NCBI RefSeq assembly: GCF_004010195.1
Contig: NC_057711.1
Span: 71,462,511-71,526,510, forward strand
Reading direction: 5' to 3'
Source of the DNA: Chiloscyllium plagiosum
Taxonomy: Eukaryota
Length of the DNA: 64,000 nucleotides
Shown: piece by piece, positions 24,411 through 36,849 of the stretch
Layout: each line of letters opens with the position of its first letter
Position numbering within the stretch: the first letter of the stretch is position 1
The notes under the pieces: model-generated
What the model was told of the DNA's origin: nothing
The model's database searches: none
The model's input: the letters and a program-made list of their open reading frames with translations, nothing else
Position numbers and translations under genes: made by a program

Positions 24411-26179
24411 GGAATGCTGAAAAAAGAACCTACTTGTCTTTTAGTGGATAATCTGTAAATATTTCTCCTGTTCACCTTCAATCTGAAGGTAACCTGTAAC
24501 AAATAGGCAAACTAGCAGCTATTACCAACAATGAAGTTATGGTTTTCCTGTGACATCACTCTCTTTTGTGCTGGCCCCCCAAGACTGGTCTTCAATTGAC
24601 CCTTTTACAAAAGTCCTTACAAACTGTGAGCCAAAAAAACAAGCAAAGAGTATCCCTTTGCACTGAATTCCAATGCTTCCTCCAAGGTCCCCAAACTATA
24701 TACACAATCAGGCTGTATCTCACTTCAGATGTGATCTCTCCTTCCTGACCTTGTGAAGCTTCCTGATGTTATATACTTCAGAAAGACCATTACTAAGCAC
24801 ACTACACTACTTATCTGAACATCAGACCTAAAGCAACTAGTATTGTCTTGAGTATATGGATTTATATCACTGCAGTGAAGTCTAGCCTGCTGTGCATACA
24901 TGTCAAGAATAAGACCATTGGGCCCTGCAGGGTTTTGAGGCCATTAAAAGTATTGGTCTATACTTCCATATTTCATAATGTATTCCCAGCAAGCACTTGC
25001 TTATATATATATGACTTTGCACACTTTTTCTATTAAGTTGCTGAATGTAGGCATTGCTGGAAGAGCCAGGATTTATGATCTATCTTAATCGTCTTTGACT
25101 AGGTGGAAGTAAGCTGTTTTCGTGAACTGCAGCAGCATATTTGGAGAAAGTATTTCCAATGTTCTCTGTATCTTTGACTATGAGTGTCTTAATGATATCT
25201 AAAGAAAGGCAAATATGCCTGTTTTACCTAGTGCTGTCCAATGAAAACATAAACCAATTGGGCAACACCAAGCAACACATGGAGACCATGCAGGGGATTT
25301 CTTGGATAACTGACATCAGAGTCAGGAAAGAGAACCTTTGCAATGATGATCTTATTTTCAAACTGCCAAAAGCATCTCGAAACAAGCTCAAAGAGCATTT
25401 GCTGAGGTGAACCATCAGATTGGACTGGCAAAGAAGCTTCATACAAATGTAGAACCTTTGACTTTACCAGCTGCAAGTGTAATGATTCAAATCAGTTTTG
25501 GGTAGTCACAAAAAAAGTGACTTGCAACAGAACTCCTTTCAAACCACTGAGAAGTGAGGCAATGAGATAATGAGGAACCGATATTAGTGGAGTTCCTGAA
25601 ATGTACACTTGCCTCTACCTTTCAGTTTTATGCAAGAATTGAGATGTGTGATGCACACATATTGGGATAAGTTCCATAGGCACCTGAGCCTATAGTGTGG
25701 TAAATGGTGCGTTTTATGACAAAATACGATGGGAAATCCAATGAGGCTCATCTTGATGTTGAGAGCATCTCACTGCACCTTTTATGCCTTTGTTGAATGT
25801 TAAAGTGAGTTTCTCGCTAGGCTGCAGAGAGTTGCCAATTAAGAGGATTATTGCTCATTAAATGCCTTATTAACAACCCAATTCACATCATTAATACTCA
25901 GCTTCCTATGTTATCAAAAGTGCAGCAAGCTAAATGTCAAGAATTATTGACATGGTCATTAAAGTTGGAACCTGGCTACAAGTTACCTCCATGTTACTCA
26001 GCACTAAATAGTATCTGAGGGAACAGCCACATGTACCTGCTGCCTGCACTGCTTGTCCACTATCATTGGCATCCAAGATTTACTGATCCCTCACAATCAT
26101 CATGGCCTCTCTCAGATGCACTTGCCAACCACTAGGAAGCACAGATGTGCACTGCAGGATGCATTGGCAGCTAACATTG

Positions 26180-27130
26180 GAAGTGGTGCTGGGTCCACCA
26201 CTTTTTGTCATTTATATAAATGATTTGAATGTGAACATAGGTGGTATAGTCAATACATTTGCAGATGACACCAAAATGGGAGGTGTAGTGGACAGCAAGG
26301 AACATTACCTCAGAGTACAACAGAATGTTGATCAGAGGGGCTAATGGCTCGAGGAGTGGCAGATGGAGTGGCAGATGGAGCTTAGATAAATGTAAGGTGC
26401 AGCATTTTGGAAAAGCAAATCAAGGCATGACTTATACACTTAATGGTAATGTCTTGGGAAATGTTGCTGAACAAAGAAACCTTGGAGTGGAATCACGGGT
26501 AGGTATGATAGTGAAGAAGGCATTTGGTACGCTTGCCTTTATTGGTCAGAGCATTGAGTAAAGGAGTTGGGAGGTCATGTTGTAGCTGTACAGGACATTG
26601 GTTAGGCTGTATGCAATTCTGGTTTCCCTGCTGTAGGAAGGATATTGTGAAACTTGAAAGGTTCAGAAAAGAATTACAAGACTGTTGCCAGGCTTGGAGG
26701 ATTTGAGCTATAGGGAGAGATTGAATAAGCTGGGTCTCTTTTCCCTGGAGCGTCGGAGGCTGAGGGGTTTATAAAATCATGAGGGACATGGTGAGGGTAA
26801 ATAGAGAAGGTATTTTCCCTGGGTTGGGGGAGTTCAAAACTAGAGGGCATAGATTTAAAGTGAGAGGGGAAAGATTTAAAAGGGACCAAAGGAGCAATGT
26901 TATCACGCAGAGGGTGGTGAGTGTGTGGAATGAGCTGCCAGAGGAAGTGGTGGAGACCGGTACAATTACAACATTCAAAGGGCATCTGAATGGTTATATG
27001 AGTGGAAAGGGTTAGAGGGATATGGGCCAAATGCTGGCAAATGGGACTAGATTAGGTCAGGATATCTGGTTGGCATGGGGTCTGTTGGACTATAGGGTCT
27101 GTTTCTGTGCTGTATAGCTGTTTGACTGTA
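26180..27130 (+). mobile_element. CR1 LINE 3' part
   Basis: VLGPPLFVIYINDL..FADDTK..KTRGHRFKVRG..QRVVSVWNELP and 3' UTR. Confidence 0.95.
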
Positions 27131-27404
27131 TGGCTGCTGTGAGGATATTTTGCATGCATGATTGAAGCAGTCTGCATATCATGGCTACTCATTTGCTCTC
27201 ATAGTATTCACTCACCTAGCACCTACCTGCATGTGCACTGCCTTGCTATGTCCTTCAATGTCCTTCTCCATTCCGCTAGCATAAGTGTCACTATCTTCCC
27301 TCTGACATACACACAGTCTGTATCTCTGCTGCTGTACTCATCTCCCAACAAGGTTCATGCTCTACCATTCTCACTATTGCCAGTGCTCCCACTCTCTCAT
27401 TAAT

Positions 27405-27585
27405 GCACAAGATGGGTTTTTAATAACAATTGATAATTGTTATGCAGCATTAGGGTAGCTTTTATTATTTGAAAGCATGAATTTAAATTTCACCTTCTGC
27501 CATAGTGGGATTTGAACACAAGTTCCTAGATCATGAACCTGGGACACTGGATTACCTGTGATAATAACACTACACCACCAACTCC
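27405..27585 (-). mobile_element. tRNA-derived SINE family B, 5' part
   Basis: AAATTTCACCTTCTGCCATAGTGGGATTTGAAC..CTGGATTA, as at 44650-44759. Confidence 0.65.
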
Positions 27586-27708
27586 CTTTGTTTTGTTAGC
27601 AGAGTGTCATTTATTGGCCAATTAGACATAGGAACCTAAGCCAACCAGGAGCTAGGGATGAAACATTTCGCCCCAAAATGCCTTTGAGCTAGACTACTTT
27701 TTTCCCCA

Positions 27709-27925
27709 GGGGGAAGTGAGGACTGCAGATGCTGGAGATCAGAGCTGAAAATGTGTTGCTGGAAAGGCACAGCAGGTCAGGCAGCATCCAAGGAGCAGGA
27801 GAATCGACATTTCGGGTATGAGCCCTTCTTCAGCCTGAAGAAGGGCTCATGCCGGAAACGTCGATTCTCCTGCTCCTTGGATGCTGCCTGACCTGCTGCG
27901 CCTTTCCAGCAACACATTTTCAGCT
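27709..27925. mobile_element. PLE family-1 fold-back mini-element, 15-bp TSD
   Basis: Arms about 27741-27833 and 27835-27927 are inverted copies with a 1-nt spacer. TSD CTACTTTTTTCCCCA at 27694-27708 and 27926-27940. Confidence 0.92.
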
Positions 27926-29726
27926 CTACTTTTTTCCCCACCCAAGCCCGTATATATCATCAAATTGGGTGGTACCTAACCAGTGTCCAACATTAAGCCT
28001 TTCAAACCAATTAATAACACAACACTTGCAGTCGCAGAACAGAAGTCATGACAGGAAATATGTTTGTTTCTGGTAGCAATAAAGACTGTTGCTTTCAACT
28101 GCAGGACATATTTTTCTTCAGCTCTTTAATAATAATGACAATCTTTAGCATTTAGGCAGAGGAAAATATGTCGCAGGAACTTTCTTCAGAATGAAGAAAA
28201 CTGGTAAAATGAGACAAAAGTCTGAACAATAACCTTTCATTTTCAGTTGCGCATTGACAGCACTCTCTGGTTTTTAACTTCACATTTTCAGCATTCTGTT
28301 TTTCTACACTGGAAACAATTTACTCATTTGCCATAAATTTTAATCTTGTCTCTGGAGTCTGGAACAGTTTACTCTCAAAAAGCCTTTTGCTTTGTTCATT
28401 AATTTTAATGAAAACATAAAGCAGCAAACACAATTTATTCTCATGTCTACTTTGTTGCTAAGATTTGAAACAGCTGTACGTGATATAAGGCAGTATGAGG
28501 ACGTATAGAAGCTCAAACATTTCATGCCAAACAGGACATAGCAATCATGAGAATGTAATATTGCTTTATTTGGGCTATTCATCGTTATGAACCATCTGTA
28601 GCCAGTACTCCAGGAAAATCCTTCTTGTATTTCAAACGTTAGAAATAAAGCAATTTGTATCAAACAATGGTTTTCTTTTTTCCCATGAAAAATGTTGTGC
28701 AGAACATTTCCTTTGACACATAGGGACTATGTTGTTTCCAAGCATAAGGAATACTACTGCTAAATATAAAGTGACAAGGAATGGATATGCAGCTTCCATG
28801 CTGGAAATTATTAATAACAGCTAGGATTATGCATTCTAATTATTCTTTCTTTTTATTGCCAAACGCAATTGCTTAAGATATAAAAATACAGAACTTGCCA
28901 TTGTTCCACAGGCTATAAGCTTTATTGCCTGACTAATCGGGTAATAGATGCAGAGAGTACTGAAGAAACATATATTTTAATAGTTCTTACCCATTCCACG
29001 TTGACCATTAGTTTTAACAGTGGTTTGCACCAATACTTGCTAAATCACCATTCAATATGACAATATAAAAGTATTGAACTTTCAAATGATTAGTGACATT
29101 TTAACAAGCTCTCTAGCCTGAAGATCAAGATTATTAAATAGATGAACAATATTCTTCAATACAATTCTAAAACTAACTTGTTTCAGGAAATATCGGTCAA
29201 TTTTACAGTATTCCTACCAGGGTGACCTAATTACCTGCCTTTGCTCTATGTCAAGTGTTAATTGTAAAAGGATTTATAACTCTCATTTCCTAGTGTTTCC
29301 CATCCCTGAATTCCAATGAATGGCATCTCCTGACTGATAATATGTCGGTGAAATAGGTTACATTACACTGCAACTATTATTTTGACAATTGAATGATGTG
29401 AATGTCTTTTAGTTATTATTTCATTTTTCAAGCAATCATTCAGCACAGCAGGCAAGTACAGAAAGCCTGAGAAAATGGCAACAAAATTCAACAATTTTTG
29501 TACTGAGTTTTTCAAGGGTGCAAGTTCCATTTTGATTTCAAAATTATGTCTCAAGTGAGCAGAAACATATCTGGTGGAGACACTACTTTGTTGAGGGCAT
29601 TAAGGTGCAAACAGAGTAACCACCAAGAATATGCAGGTTAGGCAGATTCTAGTTACAGTCATAAAGTCATAGAGACACACAGCACAGAAGAAGACCCTTC
29701 AGCCTGTTAAGTCTGTGCCAATCAAA

Positions 29727-29941
29727 GCTGAAAATGTGTTGCTGGAAAAGCGCAGCAGGTCAGGCAGCATCCAAGGAGCAGGAAAATCGACGTTTCGGGC
29801 ATGAGCCCTTCCTCAGGATTCCTGAGGGCTCATTCCCGAAACGTCGATTTTCCTGATCCTTGGATGCTGCCTGACCTGCTGCGCTTTTCCAGCAACACAT
29901 TTTCAACTTTGATCTCCAGCATCTGCCGTCCTCACTTTCTC
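29727..29941. mobile_element. PLE family-1 fold-back mini-element, 14-bp TSD
   Basis: Inverted arms meet at CAGGATTCCTG (about 29819). TSD CTGTGCCA(A/G)TCAAA at 29713-29726 and 29942-29955. Confidence 0.9.
29789..29816 (-). ncRNA. Minimal type I hammerhead ribozyme motif (core intact)
   Basis: CUGAGGA-A-GGGC(UCAU)GCCC-GAAA-CG-UC on the minus strand. Confidence 0.7.
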
Positions 29942-30204
29942 CTGTGCCAGTCAAAAACAAGCATCTAACTATTCCAAATGTTAGCCACTTTGATGCCAAT
30001 CAGTATGTAACATTGATTTTGCTGCCATTTTGGAACTCAACTCTCCAGCGATAACGTTATTTATGTACAGATCATCCACTATTTAAAGTAAAATTGTACA
30101 AGATGTTGTGTGGCACAAAAACTTTTGCAGGTTTCTCCATATGGCAGACTGTCATTGGCAGGTAACACACTGTTTTGTAAGTGCAGTCACAAGTACAGAG
30201 GGGT

Positions 30205-30765
30205 CTTTTTGCAGCTGTGCAGGACATTGGTTAGACCACTTTTCGGATCTCGTCTACTTGTTACGGAAAAGATGTTGTGAAACTTGAAATTGTTCTGAAA
30301 AATTTGCAAGGATGTTGCTAGGGTTGGAGGCTTTGAGCTAAAGGGAGAGGCTGAATAGGCTGGAGCTTTTTTCCCTGGAGCATCGGAGACTGAAGGGTGA
30401 CTTCATAGAAGTTTATAAAATCGTGAGAGGCATGGATAGGATGAATAGCCAAGGTCTTTTCCATGGGGCGGGGGAGTCCAAAACTAGACAATATAGATTT
30501 AAGGCGAGTGGGGAATGATTTAAAAAGAGCTTAAGGGGCAACCTTTTCATGCAGTGGGTGATGTGTGTGTCGAATGAGCTGCCAAAGGAAGTGGTGGCAG
30601 CTGATACAATTACAACATTTAAGAGGCATCCCCAATGGGTACATGAATAGGAAGGTTTAGCGGGATATGGGCCAAATGCTGGCAAATGGGACTAGATTAA
30701 TTTAGGATATCTTGTTGGTACGGTTGAGTTGGACCGAAGTATCTGATTCCATCTCTATGACTCAT
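30205..30765 (+). mobile_element. CR1 LINE 3' part
   Basis: Collinear with 26570-27130 and ends CTCTATGACTC. Confidence 0.92.
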
Positions 30766-30766
30766 T

Positions 30767-31660
30767 GTAGGAGAAAGTGAGGACTGCAGATGCTGGAGAT
30801 CAGAGTCGTAAAGTGTGCTGCTGGAAAAGCACTGCCGGTCAGGTAGCATCTGAGGAGCAGGAGAATCGGCATTTCAAACATAAGCCCTTTCATCAGAAAT
30901 GAGGCTTGTGGGATAAGGGGGCTGGGAGATAAATGGGAGGGGACAGGGTGGTGGGAGGGGGGATAAGGTGGTGGGAGGGGAAATGAGGAAACTGATTAAA
31001 TCACATTGATTCTGTGTAGTTGGAGGGTTCCAAGGTGGGAGATGAGGCATTCTTCCTTCAGGCGTCGGATGGTTAGGGTGTGGTGATGGAGGAGGCTCAG
31101 GACCTACATGTCCTCGGCGGAGTGGGAGGGGGAGTTAAAATGTTCAGTCACAGGGTGGTGGGGTTGTTTAGTTTGGGTCTCCCAGAGATGTTCTCTGAAA
31201 TGATCGGCAAGTTGGCATCCTGTCTCCTCAATGTAGAGGAAACCACTTGGGGAGCAACGGATACAATATGATGGGAGGAAGGATCCTTTGGGGATCCAGT
31301 GTGGGAGGAAGGATCCTTTGGGGCCTTGGACAGAAGGGAGGGGGGAGGTGTGGGCCCAGGTTTTACAATTCCTGCGGTGCAAGGGAAGACACTGGGAGTG
31401 GAGGATGGGTTGGTGGGGGGCGTGGACCTAACCAGGGAATTGCAGAGGGAATGGTCCCTCTGGAACGCAGATAGGGTTGGGAGGGAAATATATCTTTGGT
31501 GGTGGAGTCTGTTTGTAGGTGCTGGAAATGGTGAAGGATGATGCAATGTATCCAGAGGTTGGTGGAGTGGAAGGTGAGGACCGTGGGGTGGGGGGGTTGG
31601 GGGTTCTGTCTTTGTTGCAATTGAAGGTGTCAGATTCAAGGGCAGAGGTATGGGAAGTGC
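30767..31660 (-). mobile_element. Penelope-like element, 3' part with GIY-YIG remnant
   Basis: ORF 31104-31382 YCIRCSPSGFLYIEETGCQLADHFREHL..HPVTEHFNSPSHS, with a family-1 terminus at 30767-30897. Confidence 0.92.
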
Positions 31661-32211
31661 ACTCTATGTGTCAGCTCTGGGATGTAGCATAACCAAAAGG
31701 GGTTCCACTTCCTTGACATACAGATGGTACATAACCATGTGCAATATATCCTGCAGGTCAATGTCTAGAATACCAGCAGGAGTCACGATACAATCTTACC
31801 ACTGGGAATAAGACAGAGCAACCTTTGAAAGTTCTGAAGCCCTCCAATTCTCAGCAGAGCATTTGTTAAGTCTGTGGCAATCCAATTGCTGCACAGCCTC
31901 ACTCTTGTGTGGGGATAGTCCTTGCCACCATTTCTGTGCTAATCAGTTGAAAGTTAGGAAAAGGAAGAAGAGCAGGAGAAAGAGCAGAAAGGAAGGAGGA
32001 AACTTTAGACCATTATTTTAGCCAGGCTAATCTGACTATACCAGTAAATGCAGGTTCAAATCGCTGCTCAGCAACAGTTCCACACTCTTCACCTTCCCTC
32101 CATCGCTGGCCATCACAACACCTTCTATGTACAAACCAAAACTAAAAAGCAACAAAAGATAAGCACTTCAAAATAAATTAATAAATCGAGCCTTCCATAC
32201 CAATGTTAACT

Positions 32212-32310
32212 GACATGGAGAGATGCTGGTGTTGGACTGGGGTGGACAAGGTCAGAAGTCAAATAAACCTGTTGGACTATAACCAGGTGTCATGTGACTT
32301 CTGACTTTGT
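32212..32310. mobile_element. PLE family-2 tiny inverted terminal insertion
   Basis: Reverse-complement end (GCTGGTGTTGGACTGGGGTGGACAAGGTCAGAAGTCA) joined to forward AATAAACCTGTTGGACTATAACC..GACTTCTGACTTTGT. Confidence 0.75.
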
Positions 32311-32487
32311 ATAAATATTAATGAACTGTCCTTCTGTTTTCCTTCAAAACTGCTTTTGCCTGTCTTAGTGTTCCTGCTCCTGTACTGAGCTACCCAGTGC
32401 TGAAGCGTTGCTGGTACAAGGCTGCTGAATTTCAGTGGAGGAGTCTAATGATGGCATTAACAAATAACCTCAAGCAATTCTGAGCCT

Positions 32488-32610
32488 CGAAGGCCCCGGG
32501 CACTTGTGGCAGTGTGATAATATCTCTACCTCCAAGCCTGGGTTCAACTCCCACCTGCTCCAGAAGTGTGCAGAAATGTCCCTAAACAGTTTGAGTGGAA
32601 AATATCTACA
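32488..32610 (+). mobile_element. Short tRNA-derived SINE family D
   Basis: CTTGTGGCAGTGTG..GGGTTCAACTCCCACCTGCTCCAGA..AAAATATCTA, homologous to the two minus copies at 37660-38053. Confidence 0.65.
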
Positions 32611-33165
32611 AGCACTTGTGTTGCAACACCTCACATGGTTTCCTTTCATTGTGAGTGGTAGCAGTCTGAAAGGAGGGCTGATGGACGACACCTACAACAT
32701 GGATAGAGTAGCAGTGATGGGACATTCAATGTTACTAAATTCCTTCGTCTCCGCCGCATCTGCTCCCAGGAGGATCAGTTCCAATACCAAACAACCCAGA
32801 TGGCCTCCTTCGTCAAAGACCGCAATTTCCCCCCAGACGTGATCGACTCCACTGCATCTCCTCCACTTCCCGCTCCTCCGCCCTTGAGCCCGCCCCTCCA
32901 ATCGCCACCAGGACAGAACCCCACTGGTCCTCACCAACCACCCCACCAACCTCCATAAACATCATATCATCCTTCGTCATTTCCGCCACCTCCAAATGGA
33001 CCCCACCACCAGGGATATATTTATCTCCCCTCCCCTATCAGCATTCCAAAAATACCACTCCCTTCGTGACTCCCTTGTCAGGTCCACGCCCCCTATCAAC
33101 CCAACCTCCACTCCCGGCACCTTCCCCTGCAACCGCAAGAAATGCAAAACTTGCGCCCACACCTC

Positions 33166-33585
33166 NNNNNNNNNNNNNNNNNNNNNNNNNNNNNNNNNNN
33201 NNNNNNNNNNNNNNNNNNNNNNNNNNNNNNNNNNNNNNNNNNNNNNNNNNNNNNNNNNNNNNNNNNNNNNNNNNNNNNNNNNNNNNNNNNNNNNNNNNNN
33301 NNNNNNNNNNNNNNNNNNNNNNNNNNNNNNNNNNNNNNNNNNNNNNNNNNNNNNNNNNNNNNNNNNNNNNNNNNNNNNNNNNNNNNNNNNNNNNNNNNNN
33401 NNNNNNNNNNNNNNNNNNNNNNNNNNNNNNNNNNNNNNNNNNNNNNNNNNNNNNNNNNNNNNNNNNNNNNNNNNNNNNNNNNNNNNNNNNNNNNNNNNNN
33501 NNNNNNNNNNNNNNNNNNNNNNNNNNNNNNNNNNNNNNNNNNNNNNNNNNNNNNNNNNNNNNNNNNNNNNNNNNNNNNNNNNNNN
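33166..33585. other. Assembly gap (420 N)
   Basis: N run. Confidence 1.
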
Positions 33586-33587
33586 TC

Positions 33588-33615
33588 CTGAAGAAGGGCT
33601 CATGCCCGAAACGTC
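33588..33615 (+). ncRNA. Minimal type I hammerhead ribozyme motif (core intact)
   Basis: CUGAAGA-A-GGGC(UCAU)GCCC-GAAA-CG-UC. Confidence 0.72.
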
Positions 33616-34162
33616 GATTCTCCTGCTCCTTGGATGCTGCCTGACCTGCTGCACTTTTCCAGCAACACATTTTCAGCTCGATGCTACTAAACCCAGGAAG
33701 GAAAGCAGGTCTGTACTTAATCGAGGCACTGCTTTGCCCCAGATGCTGTCTCTACGCAATCATAGAATCTAATGACGAAAATGTGCTAAACTGACATGAC
33801 AGTTTTGGACACCCGAAACTGTGCTTGGCACCAATTTGTATTTGTATTTCAAAGTTCTGAGCTTCCATTGCAATTGTTCATGCTGCAATCAAAAGATGTG
33901 CAGGTGGGGTGGATTAGCCAGGCTAAAAACCCCAAGCAGGCTTACAGGAAAGGAGTGGGATGAGATTTTCATTGGATGGTCTGTGCAGACTCGATGGGTT
34001 GAATGGCCTCTTTCTGCACTGTAGGGATTTTATGTTATTTGTTCTTTGATCAATGGAAGTTGCTTGTTCGATATTAGTTGACACACAAGCTATTGAATCG
34101 TCAAAGTAATGAAGTTGGTTACCACTTTTACACAGGAACACATTGGCTCTAAGCTGCATTCT

Positions 34163-34480
34163 GGGTGGTACAGTGGCTCAGTGGTTAGCGCTGCTACCTC
34201 AGAGTGACAGGGACCCTGGGCTCAATTCCAGCCTTGGGGGACTGTCAGGTGTGGAATTTGCATATTCTGCCTGTGCCTACGTGGGTTTCCTCTGGGTGGT
34301 CTGGTTTCCTCCCATAGTCCAAAGATGTGCAGGTTATATGGTTGAGCCATGGTATAGTGTACAGGGATGTGCAGGCTGAATGGATTAGCAATGGGAATTA
34401 CAGAGATAAGGGTCTGGGCGGATTCTCTTTAGAGGGTTGGTATGAGCTGAATGGCCTGCTTCCACACTGTAGAGATTCTA
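34163..34480 (+). mobile_element. HE1/V-SINE
   Basis: GGGTGGTACAGTGGCTCAGTGGTTAGC head, V-domain and tail. Confidence 0.9.
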
Positions 34481-34659
34481 CCCTATTCTAAAGCAGAGAG
34501 ACTGCACTCCCAGTTTTGACACTGGCCTCCAAATGTTAGTGAGAAGAACAATGCAGGGTCAACAGGGCTGAATTTGCTGTATTAATTTCTGGTGCCTAGG
34601 TTTATGACAGGTTCTCCATCCAGTTTCATTCTTTTGAGACGTGTTAATAGTTTGATACA

Positions 34660-34950
34660 ATGCTAGGCCATTTCAGAGGTCCGTAAAGAATCATTCACAC
34701 TGCTGTGAGTCTGGAGAGTCACTGGTAGACCAGGCCAGGTTAGGATGGCAGATTTTCTTCCTTAAAATGTATTTAAATATTATGGGATGAATTGGTGACA
34801 TAGAGCTAACATCACTGAACTCACAAGCCAAAGGCCCAAGATAATGCTCTGTGGCCAAGTGTTCAAATCCCAACACTGCAGCTGGTGGAATCCAAATTCA
34901 ATTAATACATCTGCAATTGAAAGCTAATCTCAATGATGGTGACTGTAGTT
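34660..34950. mobile_element. SINE family B fragments in both orientations
   Basis: 34660-34790 matches the minus 3' part. 34790-34950 matches the plus head (GTTCAAATCCC..GGTGGAAT) and continues at about 35355-35510 after a V-SINE. Confidence 0.6.
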
Positions 34951-34955
34951 AAAAA

Positions 34956-35303
34956 TCATAGATGCCTACAGTGTGGAAACAGGCCCTTCGATCCAATAAG
35001 TCCACACTGACCCTCCAAAGAGTATCCCACACAAACCCATTCCCCTACCCTATATCTATCCCTGACTAGTGCACCTAACCTACACATCCCTGAACACTAT
35101 GGGCAATTTAGCAAGGCTAACTAACCCTACCTGCACATCTTTGGATTGTGGGAGGAAACAGGAGCACCCACACAGAGGGAATCCATGCAGACACAGGGAG
35201 AATCTGCAAACTCCACACAGACAGTCACCCAAAGCTGGAATCAAACCCAGGTCTCTGGCGTTTTGAGGCAACAGTGCTAACTGCTAAGCCACCATGCTGC
35301 CCC
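34956..35303 (-). mobile_element. HE1/V-SINE, full length
   Basis: Head GGGCAGCATGGTGGCTTAGC, V-domain and tail. Confidence 0.93.
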
Positions 35304-35954
35304 AATTGTTGGAATGGACCATCTGAAGCATTAACGCCCCATAAGAAAATTAATCTGCTTTCCTTCCCTGGTTGCCTTATGGATGTCTCCAGACCCCCAG
35401 CAATGTGGTTGGCTCTTAACTGCCATCTCAACTCACTCAGTTCAAGGACAATTAGGAATGGGAAACAAATGCTGGCCATGGCAGCAATGCATGCATCCTA
35501 CAAAAGAAGAACGAAGATAAATTTAGCAAATTACATCGGCAAAGTCATGGACATGGCTGTTTAATTTCATCCATATGACTACTCACCAATTAAAAAAGAA
35601 ATGAGTGAAAATATGAGGTAAGAAAGGTTAACAGTTAACATCTGACCTTGCTAATTCCCCAGTTACTGAATGATGGTCCTGATTAATTAATCACAGGGAT
35701 TGTTCCTTCTCTAAAATGCAATGCACCGAGCAGTAGGTTAGTAATCCCTGCTCCATCTTTTGCATAATGCTTGCAGACTCGAGGTCTGTTTCAAATTTGC
35801 TATTGCTATTTGTTTCATATGCAACATGTAAATGCTAAGAGTAGAGGGTAACCATAAGTGAGGAAAGTTGTAATAAAAATCTGCAGCACACAATCTCTCA
35901 AGCCCAACTGGATATTAAAGAAGCATTACGGGCAAGCTCAATTTATTTTCAAAC

Positions 35955-36630
35955 ATGATAATTAGGATCAGGCCATTTCGCCCTTCAAGCCTGCTCAGCC
36001 ATTCAGTAAGGTCTTGGCTGATCGGTTTCTTTGTGTTCTGAATTCCAAATTTCCATCTACCCTCATTAATCTTTGATTCCCTTTCCTAAAAAGAATATAC
36101 TCCCTCTGCCTTAAAGATATTAAATGATCCTGTTCAGCACATTCTGAGGCAAAGAATTCCAAAGTCTCAGGGTGCTTTGAAAGAGAACAAATTGTCCTCA
36201 TTTCTGCCCTAAAAGGGCAACTTCTCAATTTAACTAGTGCCTTACAATAGTGAGTTCTGGACTCACCATCAAAGGCAAACTTCATAGAGTCAAAGACATC
36301 TACAGCATAGCTATTCAGCCCATCCAGACTGGTCTGGTTAATTATCTGACTATTCTAATTACATTTTTCAGCATTTGGCTCATAGCCTTGACATTGCAAG
36401 TGCATGTCTAAATACTGAACTTCTTAAATGTTATGAAGATTTCTGTCTCTTCCACTGTGATAGGCAGTGAATTTCAAATTCCCACCATCCTCTGAATGAA
36501 AAATTCTTTCCGCACATCCCCTCTAAACCTCTTGCTGCTTATTTTAAATCTATGCCCCCCCCCCCCCCCCCCCACTCCTGGTCATTGATCCCTTCACCAA
36601 GGGGAAAGTTCCTTCCTGTAACCTATCCAT
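35955..36630 (-). mobile_element. Two adjacent old CR1 3' ends
   Basis: Two tails (AGGCCATTTCGCCCTTC at about 35970; CATAGAGTC..TTCAGCCCATC at about 36285) each followed by SRTxGH/QRVVxxWN-like sequence. C19 run at 36555-36573. Confidence 0.75.
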
Positions 36631-36849
36631 GCTGGTGTTGGTTTTAGATGTTAGCTCCAGCAATATGAGTGGAAGAGGTGAGGGATGGTACTTAAGCTGG
36701 GGATTCCCTACAGCTACTGAATTGGCAGACTGGTCTTGAGAGATTTATCAGCCTATTTTCCACCCAGTTCTGCTTCCTGGGATTCTGCTACTCCTTGTCA
36801 TATGTTCTAGGCTTTTCATCCTATCTGTTTTTTATTCAACATAATCATT

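Larger units (their letters stand above)
29656..29990 (-). mobile_element. CR1 extreme 3' tail hosting a PLE fold-back
   Basis: AGTCATAAAGTCATAGAG..CAGCACAGAAGAAGACCCTTCAGCC tail, which resumes after the insert. Confidence 0.7.
32740..33680 (+). mobile_element. Penelope-like element, 3' part spanning a gap
   Basis: DPTTRDIFISPPLSAFQKYHSLRDSLVRS..GTFPCNRKKCKTC and a family-1 terminus after the gap. Degenerate TSD ATG(T/C)TACTAAA at 32729-32739 and 33681-33691. Confidence 0.88.

Noticed and set aside
27709..27925. Reading the palindromic inserts as DNA-transposon MITEs or CRISPR-like repeats
   Set aside because: TSD length varies, ends are asymmetric, the arms match PLE termini, and there is no repeat-spacer array.
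32977..33772. Long ORFs of 149-258 aa here, and similar gap-spanning ORFs at 53131-53979, 56020-56572 and 61096-61543
   Set aside because: Their length comes from reading through N gaps. The real residues are PLE or CR1 fragments.
36555..36573. C19 homopolymer
   Set aside because: It is a slippage expansion inside a CR1 fragment with no evidence of function.
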